A stretch of DNA of 64,000 nt. Source: an uncultured Dehalococcoidia bacterium. GTDB lineage: Bacteria; Chloroflexota; Dehalococcoidia; SM23-28-2; RBG-16-64-32. This document shows, one piece after another, positions 18,980 through 28,018 of this stretch. Position 1 is the first letter of the stretch. Each line of letters begins with the position of its first letter. The notes under the pieces were generated by a model. It made no database searches, had not been told where the DNA came from, and was given only the letters and a program-made list of their open reading frames with translations. The position numbers and the translations under genes were made by a program. The stretch lies in contig CAZYOV010000002.1 of assembly GCA_964649215.1 (NCBI GenBank), positions 2,288-66,287 on the forward strand. Reading direction: 5' to 3'.

Positions 18980-19091
18980 GGCCTTCTCCCTTCACACGAT
19001 CCATAACCTGAGTATCACGCGAGCAAGGGGAGTCTGAGAAGGAAGGGTTTTCCGAGTGGGGGTTGCCGCCCTTTAGATAGGGCGGCGGGGT

Positions 19092-19742
19092 CTAGTTCCT
19101 AGAGGGCGGCAACATTCGGGGCGGACTCTTTGCCGCCCCCACCAGGCCCCAGGCGCGAAGTTTATCGAGCCTGTATCGGAACGTCCTGTCAGCCATCCCA
19201 ACAAGGTCGGCGGCGGCATCGGCGCTTAACTGCCCACCACCTCCCTGACGCAAGTAGTGGACAGTGAGCGTGTCCAGGCTCTCATCCCAGTTCAGGAGAG
19301 AAAGGCGCGGCCTAAGCATCTGGGCTGCAAAGGCGACGTGAAGGGCGGCTTCCGCCTTCTGTAGCATTTCCCGCTCTGGGTCAGGAGTAGCTTCGAGAAG
19401 CGCAACGACTTCTGGCGTTGGCTCTACGGGAAACGGCTGCCCATCTTTGGCGAACGACTGACGGAGAACCTCACGGACAGCGGCTGAACTATCCTTGAAT
19501 TGATAGCTCGCGCCCTCTGGCGTTCCGGTCACATGAATGACCAACTCTTGCCGCCGCACGCAGGCAGGATCCCAATCATGGCGGTACGTCTCTCCTAGCA
19601 AGACAGACTGAAGGTGCTCCTCCATGCGGGGAGAGAAGTCCGAGTCTTCTGGAGCCGAGTACACGCGAAGCCCTTCCCTCAACTCAAGGAGCGCCTGCGC
19701 TCGATCCCTAACCAGGAGGCTCACGGGAATCCCGTGTATCAT
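19092..19742 (-). CDS. hypothetical regulator with C-terminal HTH
   Basis: 216 aa; C-terminal ..ADLVGMADRTFRYRLDKLRAWGLV; motif-1 copy D lies about 240 bp upstream in the correct orientation. Confidence 0.45.
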   Translation of the reverse strand: MIHGIPVSLLVRDRAQALLELREGLRVYSAPEDSDFSPRMEEHLQSVLLGETYRHDWDPACVRRQELVIHVTGTPEGASYQFKDSSAAVREVLRQSFAKDGQPFPVEPTPEVVALLEATPDPEREMLQKAEAALHVAFAAQMLRPRLSLLNWDESLDTLTVHYLRQGGGGQLSADAAADLVGMADRTFRYRLDKLRAWGLVGAAKSPPRMLPPSRN

Positions 19743-19985
19743 GCGTCCATGATATCGTCAATGGCGATGGATCGCAAGTAACTATACCAAGCGCCTACTC
19801 AGCTTAGCCCCTAGAAGCCAGTCAGAAGCCACCAGATGACCGAGAGACGCAGGCACCGCCCCAGCTCGTTGTATGGCTTGGCCGAACGCCACTCGCGGCC
19901 CACGGTACAATAGGAGACGCGGACGGCGAGCCTTCTGAGTTCCCAAGTCCTCCTAGCGATGGGGCTTGGCCCCTCAGACGCCCTG

Positions 19986-20026
19986 AGACGCGATTGTGCG
20001 CCTGGGGTGGGCGGCTGTCAACGGGG
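19986..20026 (-). repeat. motif-1 copy D (reverse orientation): TTGACA = rc of 20016-20021, CACAAT = rc of 19993-19998
   Basis: cgattgtgcgcctggggtgggcggctgtcaacgg. Confidence 0.6.
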
Positions 20027-20178
20027 CGTGTCGGGCTTAGCGTGTCACCCTCCAGGGGGGCTTGACAAACGATGGGGAAACGCTATCCTGTAATCCGTCA
20101 ACGAAATATAAAGCGACGGGCGGCGGTGGATGTCGTGGCCGAGATTCGGTCAAGAGGTAAAGGGAAGGGGGAGACGAG

Positions 20179-20598
20179 ATGATACGTCCGATCTTTGTTG
20201 TGGTGGGCCTAGCTGTCATTGCTGCATCTTTGATGGCCACCAACCATATTTCTCTCGTGCTTGATATCGACATCAAGCCGGGCAGCGACCCGAACTCGAT
20301 CAGGCCGCTCAATAATGGCCTCCTCCCGGTGGCCATTCTGGGCAGCGCCACTTTCGATGTCAACGACGTAGACGTGAGCACTCTGGCGTTCGGCCCCGAT
20401 GGCGCGGTGCCCGTTCACGACGAAGGGGGCCACTTGGAGGACGTGAACTCTGACGGCTTTACGGATCTGGTCTCTCACTATCGCATCCCGGAGACCGGCA
20501 TCGCGTTGGGCGATACAGAGGCCTGTGTCACCGGCGAGCTGCTCGACGCTACGCCCTTCGAAGCCTGCGACGACATCCGCACCGTGCCCGTGCCCTAG
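20179..20598 (+). CDS. small secreted protein with dockerin/EF-hand-like Ca-binding loop
   Basis: Signal peptide [34 protein letters not shown] resembles a dockerin repeat. GGAGA SD. Confidence 0.5.
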   Translation: MIRPIFVVVGLAVIAASLMATNHISLVLDIDIKPGSDPNSIRPLNNGLLPVAILGSATFDVNDVDVSTLAFGPDGAVPVHDEGGHLEDVNSDGFTDLVSHYRIPETGIALGDTEACVTGELLDATPFEACDDIRTVPVP

Positions 20599-20630
20599 GC
20601 GAAGCTGGACTCCGGCGGCGACTCGCTGGT

Positions 20631-20672
20631 CGCCGAGATTGTGCGCCTGGGCCGGGCGGCTGTCGAAGGAGA
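20631..20672 (-). repeat. motif-1 copy E (reverse; -35 variant TCGACA)
   Basis: gagattgtgcgcctgggccgggcggctgtcgaagga, 33 bp after the stop of the 20179 gene. Confidence 0.5.
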
Positions 20673-20935
20673 CGCGAGGGTTCGGCTGGCAGCGGGGGCC
20701 CGCTCTCCACCGTGAGGCTGAGCTGGCGGGCCAAGTGTGGCTGGCCCTGGCCGCCGTGCTGGCGGGCGCGGCGCTCCTCTTCAAGCTGACCTAGGCGGAT
20801 CATGGTACGAAGGATCTCTCTCGTCTTCGGGACGGTGACCGGGCTGCTGCCCTGGCTGTTGGGCCTGGCAAGCTTTGCTCGTAGAGGCTACTATGAATCC
20901 ATGGAGGTCTTCGGGATGGGCACGGAGGGAGCGGC

Positions 20936-21313
20936 GTGACTTCGGCCAGGCTGCGTCGTATCGTGCTCGACCGGCCTATGCTAGCGGTCGGACTGGTCGC
21001 TGCTCTGACGGGGGCAGCGCTGGCCAGCGGGATCATGGCTTACGGCGCGATAGCGGACGGTACCAAGTACACAACGCTGTCCTGGGCGCTCATCGCCCCG
21101 GTCTGGGGTCTCCTGGCCCTGCTGTGGCTCCTCGTCCGTCGCTGGCCGCTGGCGGCGGCGGCTTCGATGGGCTGGCTGGCGATCTTCGCGGGTATCTACT
21201 ATGGCGATGTGTACGGCCAGTTTCCCGCCGCGCTCCTCTTCTTGCTGGGGACGGCGATAGTGTTCGTTCCCGACCGGGCGAAGGACGGCGGTACCCGCAC
21301 GATGCGAACGTAA
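20936..21313 (+). CDS. small integral membrane protein (about 4 TM helices)
   Basis: 125 aa; alternating hydrophobic stretches; GTG start with GGAGGGA upstream. Confidence 0.45.
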   Translation: MTSARLRRIVLDRPMLAVGLVAALTGAALASGIMAYGAIADGTKYTTLSWALIAPVWGLLALLWLLVRRWPLAAAASMGWLAIFAGIYYGDVYGQFPAALLFLLGTAIVFVPDRAKDGGTRTMRT

Positions 21314-21517
21314 CCGGCAAGCTACCTGTGGGGGCGTTGTCGGGCCGGAAGCCCTCGGCAGTGTGGTGGACGCCGCCCGGGAAGCGCCACCGCCTGTTGT
21401 TTTCAACACCAGCTCATTTGTGTGATCCGTAGGGAACGCGGATAGCGTCCCTGATAACCGCCTTGGGGGGGGGCTTCTGAGGTCACCCCTGGGCCACAAG
21501 GGCAGCGACCCAACTGC

Positions 21518-21558
21518 CGCCGCGATTGTGCGCCTGGGCTGGGCGGGTGTCAACGGGG
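21518..21558 (-). repeat. motif-1 copy F (reverse): tgtcaa 21548-21553, attgtg 21525-21530
   Basis: Immediately 3' of the ZR gene at 21562. Confidence 0.6.
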
Positions 21559-21561
21559 CCG

Positions 21562-21828
21562 CTAATCCCTCTCCGATTCGACGTGCTCCTGCATCGCGTT
21601 CGCGCCTGGCGAGTCGAAGTGCCGTCCAACGGTGTGCCCAGCGTACCACCACTCACGTGTAGACTTCAGTCTGCGCCCTTCGGGTCTGGCCTTGTCCAGT
21701 AGTCTATTGCAGCGTGGACAGATAGGCACTATCTCCCGCCGCCAGCGGTCGTTTGGCGCGTCCCGGTTGCGGGCAGTGACGGCCCACTGGCTGGGTGTGG
21801 GGGAACCGCAGAAGTGGCATGCGTGCAC
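21562..21828 (-). CDS. small zinc-ribbon protein (ZR family, copy 3)
   Basis: MHACHFCGSPTPSQWAVTARNRDAPNDRWRREIVPICPRCNRLLDKARPEGRRLKSTREWWYAGH; near-identical to the protein at 8031-8304. Confidence 0.6.
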   Translation of the reverse strand: MHACHFCGSPTPSQWAVTARNRDAPNDRWRREIVPICPRCNRLLDKARPEGRRLKSTREWWYAGHTVGRHFDSPGANAMQEHVESERD

Positions 21829-22084
21829 GGGGCTCAGGGTAACGAGCAGCGCGGTTCAAGTCCGATAAGGTTGTGTCGTGGTGATGGGGAAGAGGCACCA
21901 CGTACCCCCCGCGTCAGTTGCGGAACGCTGCACCATAACCTGGTGGTGGTGCCTCCTCCAGCAGTAAAACACCGACTGACGATGGGATGTTACAGCAGTC
22001 AAGCGACGCGAAGAGCGGACAGGAGTCGCTACCTGCATTGGGGGGCCAAACCATGGGAGGATTCTCATGGTGGAGCGACTTCCA

Positions 22085-22132
22085 CTGTCCGCCACCGCGA
22101 TTGTGCGCCTGGGCGGGGCGGGTGTCAACGGG
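22085..22132 (-). repeat. motif-1 copy G (reverse): tgtcaa 22123-22128, attgtg 22100-22105
   Basis: Upstream of the ZR copy 3 leader. Confidence 0.6.
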
Positions 22133-22235
22133 GGCTAGGCCGCTTCCCGCCACCTCAGCTCGTATAGCCGGACAGGGTCCTCGAAGCCACGCAACTCGGT
22201 CTCGCCCAGCCACGCATCGACTGTGGACAGCTCGC

Positions 22236-23156
22236 CTAGACCAGCTCCCTCATCTGCTCCATTCGCGAGAGGAAGCCCTCGACCGACTCACCATCCGGCG
22301 AGAAGGATGGATCGAAGAAAATCTCGGCGGCTCCAAGCTCCCTCGTGGCCTCGATGTCGGCCTTGATCTCATCCACCGAGCCGTAGAACGGATAGGGTCG
22401 CTGTTCGCCCACGGGTTCGTCGGTAATGTTGAAGTTCGCCCTGACGATCATCTCGATCTCATCCGGATTGCGGCCGGCCTCCTTTGCCATGCTCCGCAAC
22501 CCCTCGTACATCTGCTTCATGCCGTCGATGGGTATGGCGACGGGTGTCCAGCCGTTGGCCATCGTCGCAGCCCGCTTGAGCGCTCCGGGACTGAACGCCG
22601 CCAGGTATATGGGCGGGTGGGGCTTCTGCACCGGCTTCAGCTGGATGTTCGACTTCGGCAGGTGGTAGAACTCGCCGTGGAACTCCACAGGGTCCGTAGT
22701 CCAGATCGCCTTCAGGACGGTGATGAACTCGTCTGCCAGGCGGCCCAGCCCCTTCATCGGCCTGCCGACGGCGTCGAACTCGTCCTTGCACCAGCCCAGG
22801 CCCAGACCCACGCGCAATCGACCGCCCGAGAGGACGTCCAGCGTCGTAAGTCGGCGCGCCAGCAGTACCGGATTGTAGTAGGGCATATTCAGCACGCTGG
22901 TGCCCAATGCGACGCGGCTCGTGTGGGCTGCGGCGTATGTTAACGTCTCCAGGGGATCAAGAACCGTCTTGAACGCCTCCGGATAGGACCCATCCGGGCT
23001 GACTATGTAGGGAACTTGCGGGTTTACCGGGAACAGGAAACGCTCCCACACCCATAAGCTATCGTACCCCAGCTCCTCTGCCCGTCGAGCCACCGCGGCG
23101 ATAGATTCCGGACCTGCCGCTGCCCCGCTAATGGGCAAACCATAACCTATTCGCAT
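22236..23156 (-). CDS. LLM-class flavin/F420-dependent oxidoreductase (luciferase-like monooxygenase)
   Basis: 306 aa; typical LLM N-terminus MRIGYGLP..LGYDSLWVWERF and TIM-barrel signature; cargo gene inside the element. Confidence 0.75.
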   Translation of the reverse strand: MRIGYGLPISGAAAGPESIAAVARRAEELGYDSLWVWERFLFPVNPQVPYIVSPDGSYPEAFKTVLDPLETLTYAAAHTSRVALGTSVLNMPYYNPVLLARRLTTLDVLSGGRLRVGLGLGWCKDEFDAVGRPMKGLGRLADEFITVLKAIWTTDPVEFHGEFYHLPKSNIQLKPVQKPHPPIYLAAFSPGALKRAATMANGWTPVAIPIDGMKQMYEGLRSMAKEAGRNPDEIEMIVRANFNITDEPVGEQRPYPFYGSVDEIKADIEATRELGAAEIFFDPSFSPDGESVEGFLSRMEQMRELV

Positions 23157-23322
23157 CTCTTGCTGCTCCTTCTAGTACACGACTGACACATGGCGGGGAT
23201 ATTGTACGCCTCTGGACTATCCCTGTCTCGGTGTCACTGGCCGTCAGCAGGAAGCCTAGGCCGTATCCTCCAAAAGTACCTGAGCCGCCGCCCCTAGACC
23301 CTCCCCCTGATACCATCTAAGG

Positions 23323-23529
23323 GTGACCACCACTGTTTACTGCTACGTCTGCGACCAGCCCATAGGCGGCGACCGCTGGCAGGCCGCTATTCGCGATTCC
23401 TTAGATAGCGCAGGCTTGAATCTGAGGCGGTGGCGCTGGGTTTCGGTGTGTCGGGCCTGCCGCTGGGAGAGACCGCCCAGAAGACGTCCCGGCGTACCTA
23501 ATGAGATCGCTGGGGAGTGGCACCCGTAG
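23323..23529 (+). CDS. possible divergent zinc-ribbon protein (ZR-like, copy 4)
   Basis: CYVCDQ..DRW..RRWRWVSVCRACR; CxxC pairs and DRW/RRW motif echo the ZR family; GTG start; 145 bp upstream of fic. Confidence 0.3.
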   Translation: MTTTVYCYVCDQPIGGDRWQAAIRDSLDSAGLNLRRWRWVSVCRACRWERPPRRRPGVPNEIAGEWHP

Positions 23530-23673
23530 CAGACGTTGGCCGCCGACTGCGTGCACGCTGCCCCTGCTACAGCCGTCCGGCCTGGCACCGGTAGGGCCAT
23601 GGGTGTTGGTTAAGGGTCTTTCATCAAGATGTGCCTTGATTAAGTAATCGGCCATATGCTTAAATAAGAGCTG

Positions 23674-24921
23674 GTGAGTCACATGGAAAATGCTCGTGCT
23701 GGCATATACATCAAGCAGATAAGGGGCTACAGAGCCTTTATCCCTAGCCCCTTGCCACCAGACCCACCTCTGGTTATGGACAACGAGATGCTGGTCGCAC
23801 TGTCATCAGCTGATCGTGCCTTAGGAAGGCTAGATGGTGCGACAGAAGTCCTCCCAAACCCTGATCTCTTCATCGCGATGTACGTAAGGCGCGAATCAGT
23901 TCTTAGCTCGCAGATCGAGGGCACTCAAGCCTCCTTGACCGATGTACTCGAATACGAAGCTGACGCTGCCAGGAAGGGCCTCCCCGTCGATGTCACTGAA
24001 GTAGTGAACCACATTGATGCCCTGAGCTATGGCCTCCGGCGGTTGGACGAACTGCCTGTCTCCTTGCGACTCATTAGAGAGATTCATGAGCACCTCATGG
24101 CCGACGTTCGGGGTGGACAAATGTCTCCAGGCGAGTTTCGTACCACCCAAAATTGGATTGGCCCGCCGGGTTCCACGCTAACGAATGCTTTATTTATTCC
24201 GCCACCACCTTATGAGATGATGGGGGCCCTGGATGATCTTGAAAAATTCCTTCACGCTGCGGATCATCTACCAGTGCTCGTCAAGGCAGGGCTTGTTCAT
24301 GCTCAATTTGAAACGATACACCCTTTCTTGGACGGCAATGGCCGAATCGGACGGCTACTAATAACCTTTCTGCTATGCCAACAAGGGGTTCTGCGACGGC
24401 CCTTGCTCTATCTGAGTCACTATCTCAAGCTGCATCGGAGTGAGTACTACAGCCGACTTATGGCCGTTAGAGAGACCGGGGAGTGGGAAGGCTGGCTCAA
24501 GTTCTTCCTAGCAGGAGTCGCGAGCGTTGCCAACCAAGCCACGGACACCGGCAGGGAAATACTCCACCTGCGCGAAACGCATCGGCAGTTGCTTTCCAGT
24601 CGCATCCAAACTCTCAACGGGCCGCGGCTCTTGGACTATCTCTTTGAGCGACCGATCGTTAACGTATCCCTTGTCGCCAAGGCCCTGACGGTTAGTACTC
24701 CCACTGCCAACAGTCTCGTGAACCAATTCGAAGAGATCGGCCTGTTAACCGAGACCAGTGGCAGGCGGCGAAATCGCCTGTTCTCCTATCAGCCGTATCT
24801 GCAACTGTTCGAAGATCAGGCGCTACAGAAAGAGTCCGAGGAAGAGCCAAGTTCAGACCCTGACGCCGTTAGCGTCGAGGCCTATCCGTCTGAGGCACCG
24901 ACAGAGTTCGACAACGTGTGA
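23674..24921 (+). CDS. Fic family protein (class II, with intrinsic inhibitory helix) and C-terminal wHTH
   Basis: Fic motif HPFLDGNGRIGRLL. N-terminal inhibitory motif SSQIEGT (S/TxxxEG). An alternative ATG at 23683. Local GC is lower. Confidence 0.85.
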   Translation: MSHMENARAGIYIKQIRGYRAFIPSPLPPDPPLVMDNEMLVALSSADRALGRLDGATEVLPNPDLFIAMYVRRESVLSSQIEGTQASLTDVLEYEADAARKGLPVDVTEVVNHIDALSYGLRRLDELPVSLRLIREIHEHLMADVRGGQMSPGEFRTTQNWIGPPGSTLTNALFIPPPPYEMMGALDDLEKFLHAADHLPVLVKAGLVHAQFETIHPFLDGNGRIGRLLITFLLCQQGVLRRPLLYLSHYLKLHRSEYYSRLMAVRETGEWEGWLKFFLAGVASVANQATDTGREILHLRETHRQLLSSRIQTLNGPRLLDYLFERPIVNVSLVAKALTVSTPTANSLVNQFEEIGLLTETSGRRRNRLFSYQPYLQLFEDQALQKESEEEPSSDPDAVSVEAYPSEAPTEFDNV

Positions 24922-25044
24922 GTCGCTGACAAGAGCATCAGTTCCCAGCGCCCTGGGCGCCGAGTCAGCGCCTCGTTGGCAGCCACGTAAATGCGAGCAG
25001 TATCATGAGTTCGACAGAGGAAAGGGGAAAGGAGACTCTGATTC

Positions 25045-25509
25045 ATGGCGGACGCATACGATACGTACGTAGCTGTAGCAAGTGGCAAGCTTGATGCTGT
25101 GATGGATTCGGTTAGGTCGCTTGACGCGAAGTCCTTTCAATCCCTAGCAACGGGCACGATTGTCCTTGGGGTGGGTGCCAGCCTCGGCGGTTTTGAGGGT
25201 GCAGAGGCACCCTCATTAGTGTTTCTCAGTCTAGCCGCCATAGCGTTTGCTTGCCTCGCCGTTTTCACCTTTCGGGCGGCTAAAGTAAAAATGTGCAGCA
25301 ACCGCCCCGATCTGGCCACTCTCGATCAACATCTACACGACACAGCGGTTTCGTTCGATGAGCTTCGCCTCTGGACGGCTCGCGAATATGCGCTCTCTGC
25401 AAAAGAAAACGATCCCTCTCTGATCAGCAAAGGCAAGTACACCACGGCTTCGATAGTCGCTCTATCAATAGAGGTGCTCCTTCTATTGATGGGCGTAGTC
25501 CTAGCCTGA
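25045..25509 (+). CDS. hypothetical 3-TM membrane protein downstream of fic
   Basis: AAGGAG SD; three hydrophobic helices; 154 aa. Confidence 0.45.
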   Translation: MADAYDTYVAVASGKLDAVMDSVRSLDAKSFQSLATGTIVLGVGASLGGFEGAEAPSLVFLSLAAIAFACLAVFTFRAAKVKMCSNRPDLATLDQHLHDTAVSFDELRLWTAREYALSAKENDPSLISKGKYTTASIVALSIEVLLLLMGVVLA

Positions 25510-25877
25510 CACCCCGCTATTCCTTGCGTTCAGGAGGACCCTTCTGGGGTGGAGCCGGCGGGGGATGAGAGGGAGGAGTGGGAAAGTCCTTCGCGCCGGG
25601 AGTAGGGGCTTCCCTTGCAGGCAGATCGGGTCGCGGGCCTGGAGGAGGGGGATTTGGAGGAGTGGGCCTGGGCTCCTCCGCCCAAACTGAAACAGTCCTA
25701 GTCATGAGCGCCCCCAGTCATTTTATCTAACGCCGATAGGATACTCTCTTGGAGCCGCTTTGGAAACTGCCCCCTGTCCTGTAATGGACTTTTGGAGTAC
25801 TGGCCACTACGTCACCGCGCCCAGCACCATCCCCACCTCCAACACCACCAAGACGTGCACGCCGCATGGCCACAAAG

Positions 25878-26100
25878 AACGGGCGCAGCGGCCACCCGTG
25901 CTTGCGAGGACAACCGCCGCGCCATCTCTCAGCCCGCTCTACGCAATATCCCAGAGCCACACTATCGGGCCGAGAGGCATGATTATACCACCAGACGCCA
26001 TAGGAACAGGCGCAGCGGAGGAGGTTTCCAATCATCACCGCTGCGCCATCCCTCAGCCTCACACGGCGGGACGCCGAGAGGAGAGGGCATGATTATACCA
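25878..26100 (+). repeat. tandem pair of a hairpin-containing unit about 90 bp long (..gggcgcagcgg..ccgctgcgccatccctcagcc..gccgagaggcatgattataccac)
   Basis: Two tandem units here; a single unit at 8351-8425. Confidence 0.55.
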
Positions 26101-26197
26101 CCTTGAGTCATCCGGCGGGACGGTACTTGACAGAAGGTCTATAATGTGTCGCACGGGCGGTGGGATGCCCTACGGTTAGTAACTAGGAGGTATCCGA

Positions 26198-26437
26198 ATG
26201 AAGCGAAAGCTACTCACGATTATGTTTCTCCTAGCGTTCTCGATTTCGACATTTGCGGCGCTCGGAGTGAGCGGAGCGTCGGCGGGGCCAAGCCTCACGG
26301 TGGCGCTCCTGTCGCCTGACAGCACAATGGTAGTCGATGGACCAGATGCAGCGACCGGTGGTGCCGTCACAGCGTTCACCAACGTCACCAATGCCGGAGT
26401 GGAGATAGAGAACATTGACGTCGCGTTCGTCTGCTGA
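26198..26437 (+). CDS. small secreted peptide/protein (79 aa)
   Basis: Strong SD TAGGAGG 9 nt upstream. Signal peptide MKRKLLTIMFLLAFSISTFAALG. Gly/Ala/Thr-rich mature part ending in Cys. Confidence 0.45.
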   Translation: MKRKLLTIMFLLAFSISTFAALGVSGASAGPSLTVALLSPDSTMVVDGPDAATGGAVTAFTNVTNAGVEIENIDVAFVC

Positions 26438-26918
26438 CGTCTAACAACAACTGTTAACGGTCACTGACGAGTTGATTGCCAGGGCGTCCCGCCGCTGGGT
26501 AAGCCAGAATCGGCCCCTCTCACCGGGGGGCCTTTTCTGTTCTGGGGGACGGGCCTTTGGGGAATCTGCTGTGACGCGAAACGAACTTCCTAGACTGTAT
26601 ACAGAGAGGCCATCATGGAACCCGTGATCCCCTAGGCCAGGTAGGGGGAGGGGGCCAGGTAGCTACAGACTCGCCCCTGAGCTACAAATACCCCGCACCC
26701 ATGGGCATGGGCAGGGCGGGAAGAGAAACCCCATCGTGGGCATGGGGCAGGCTGGCGTGTCGGCAGTTGGTCGGCAACGGGCGGGCCCTCCTATCTGGGT
26801 CTAGATAGGCCGCATGCGGGATGACTGCTCGCGGGTGCCGTTTTGCCCCGTGCCGGTGACGGGAGGGGGAACCCCCTTTTAGGGCTGCGTGTGTGGGCGG
26901 GCTAACCCTTCCCCGTGC

Positions 26919-27458
26919 CTAGGCCCCTGTGTCCCCTTCCTCATCTAAGGGGGACGGGAAGGTATCGGGGATAATCACCTTGCCCTCAATGATGGCGTCT
27001 CTTTCAGGGACAGTGAGACCCGACAGGCGGTCGATAGCCTCAGCAAGCTCTCGCGTGGCCTCGGAGCCCCTAGAGCGTTGGGCGAGGTCGGCGATCTTCA
27101 CTACCTTATCGGAGGCGATGCCGTAGGTGATGGCTAAGTCCCTGCCTGTGATGGTACCCGCCTCTACCTCATCGTCCAGCTTGTCTGCCGACTGCAAGGC
27201 GAGATCGAGGCTACGAGTGTAGAGGCGTTCGCTTCTTTCCCGTTGCAGGGCGTTAAAGCGTTCGGGCTCTATGGTTTTGGCCCAGCGCCAGATCAGGTTA
27301 CGGGAGGGGTAGCGTTCGGGGTACCTCTTAGCCATCTCACGGGCGGCTTCGGCGCAGTTGCCGGTGGCCAGGACTATCGCTACCGCTTCCGCCTTGAAGT
27401 CCGCTGGGTACTCCCACTCGTCCCAGGGGATGACTTCGCGCTTGCCGTTGTCACTCAT
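26919..27458 (-). CDS. small HTH protein, terminase small-subunit-like (paralog of 8989-9498)
   Basis: KAEAVAIVLATGNCAEAAREMAKRYPERYPSRNLIWRW; 179 aa. Confidence 0.5.
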   Translation of the reverse strand: MSDNGKREVIPWDEWEYPADFKAEAVAIVLATGNCAEAAREMAKRYPERYPSRNLIWRWAKTIEPERFNALQRERSERLYTRSLDLALQSADKLDDEVEAGTITGRDLAITYGIASDKVVKIADLAQRSRGSEATRELAEAIDRLSGLTVPERDAIIEGKVIIPDTFPSPLDEEGDTGA

Positions 27459-27751
27459 GCCTTTACCTTCTCTCGGTAGATCGTCGTTGCCTCCCCCTTG
27501 GCGTCCACCACCAGGATGTGCATGTCATCGGCTATAACTACCCCTGGCGGGAAGTGGTGGGTAACGGGGGCGTACGTCATTCTCGCCCCGTCCTGCTCCC
27601 AGCGACCCAGCGTCATCGCCCCGGTCGCTGAGAGGGTGACGATATGTAGCGGCGGCTCAAAGCCTTGCTCCACCAAGTTGACTAGGTGAACGTGCAACTG
27701 CGCTGCCTGCTGCACGGCGGCGTCCGCTTCCGCTGCCTCTCCGAACTTCAT
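27455..27751 (-). CDS. hypothetical protein, translationally coupled upstream of the terS-like gene
   Basis: 98 aa; stop overlaps the start of the 26919-27458 gene. Confidence 0.4.
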   Translation of the reverse strand: MKFGEAAEADAAVQQAAQLHVHLVNLVEQGFEPPLHIVTLSATGAMTLGRWEQDGARMTYAPVTHHFPPGVVIADDMHILVVDAKGEATTIYREKVKA

Positions 27752-28018
27752 GGCCTCAGCCCATCACGAAATGGGCGTTATCGCCTACCTACTCGGAAGC
27801 CCGCAAAGCCGCCGCCTAGCGCCGCTAACGTGGCTACTGAGACGCTGAACAGCGTCCCGTTCACACCCTGGCTCAATGCGTAGAGGTCAAGTACCGTAAT
27901 GAGGAACGCAACCCACGCGAGGAAGATGAGCGCTGATACCCTCTTCACTTTAGGTGTATACTAGCGAAACGGTTCATCCGGTTAGAATCCAGCCAGCCAG
28001 TGCGAGGGAGCAACGACA

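Noticed and set aside
20209-20784. 191-aa minus-strand ORF, and the 223-aa ORF at 20981-21652
   Set aside because: Both are antisense to better-supported plus-strand genes and are partly just the translation of the motif-1 repeat (..SFDSRPAQAHNLGDQ.., ..MVVRWAHRWTALRLARRERDAGARR..). The recurring peptide similarity reflects the DNA repeat, not a protein family.
3697-22132. Possibility that the recurring 36-bp repeats form a CRISPR array
   Set aside because: Spacing is 0.6-2.3 kb and irregular, with whole genes in between. Copies occur on both strands. No cas genes are present.
25517-25705. 62-aa proline-rich minus-strand ORF
   Set aside because: It has no start context and low-complexity composition. 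It is likely noncoding spacer between the membrane protein gene and the hairpin repeats.
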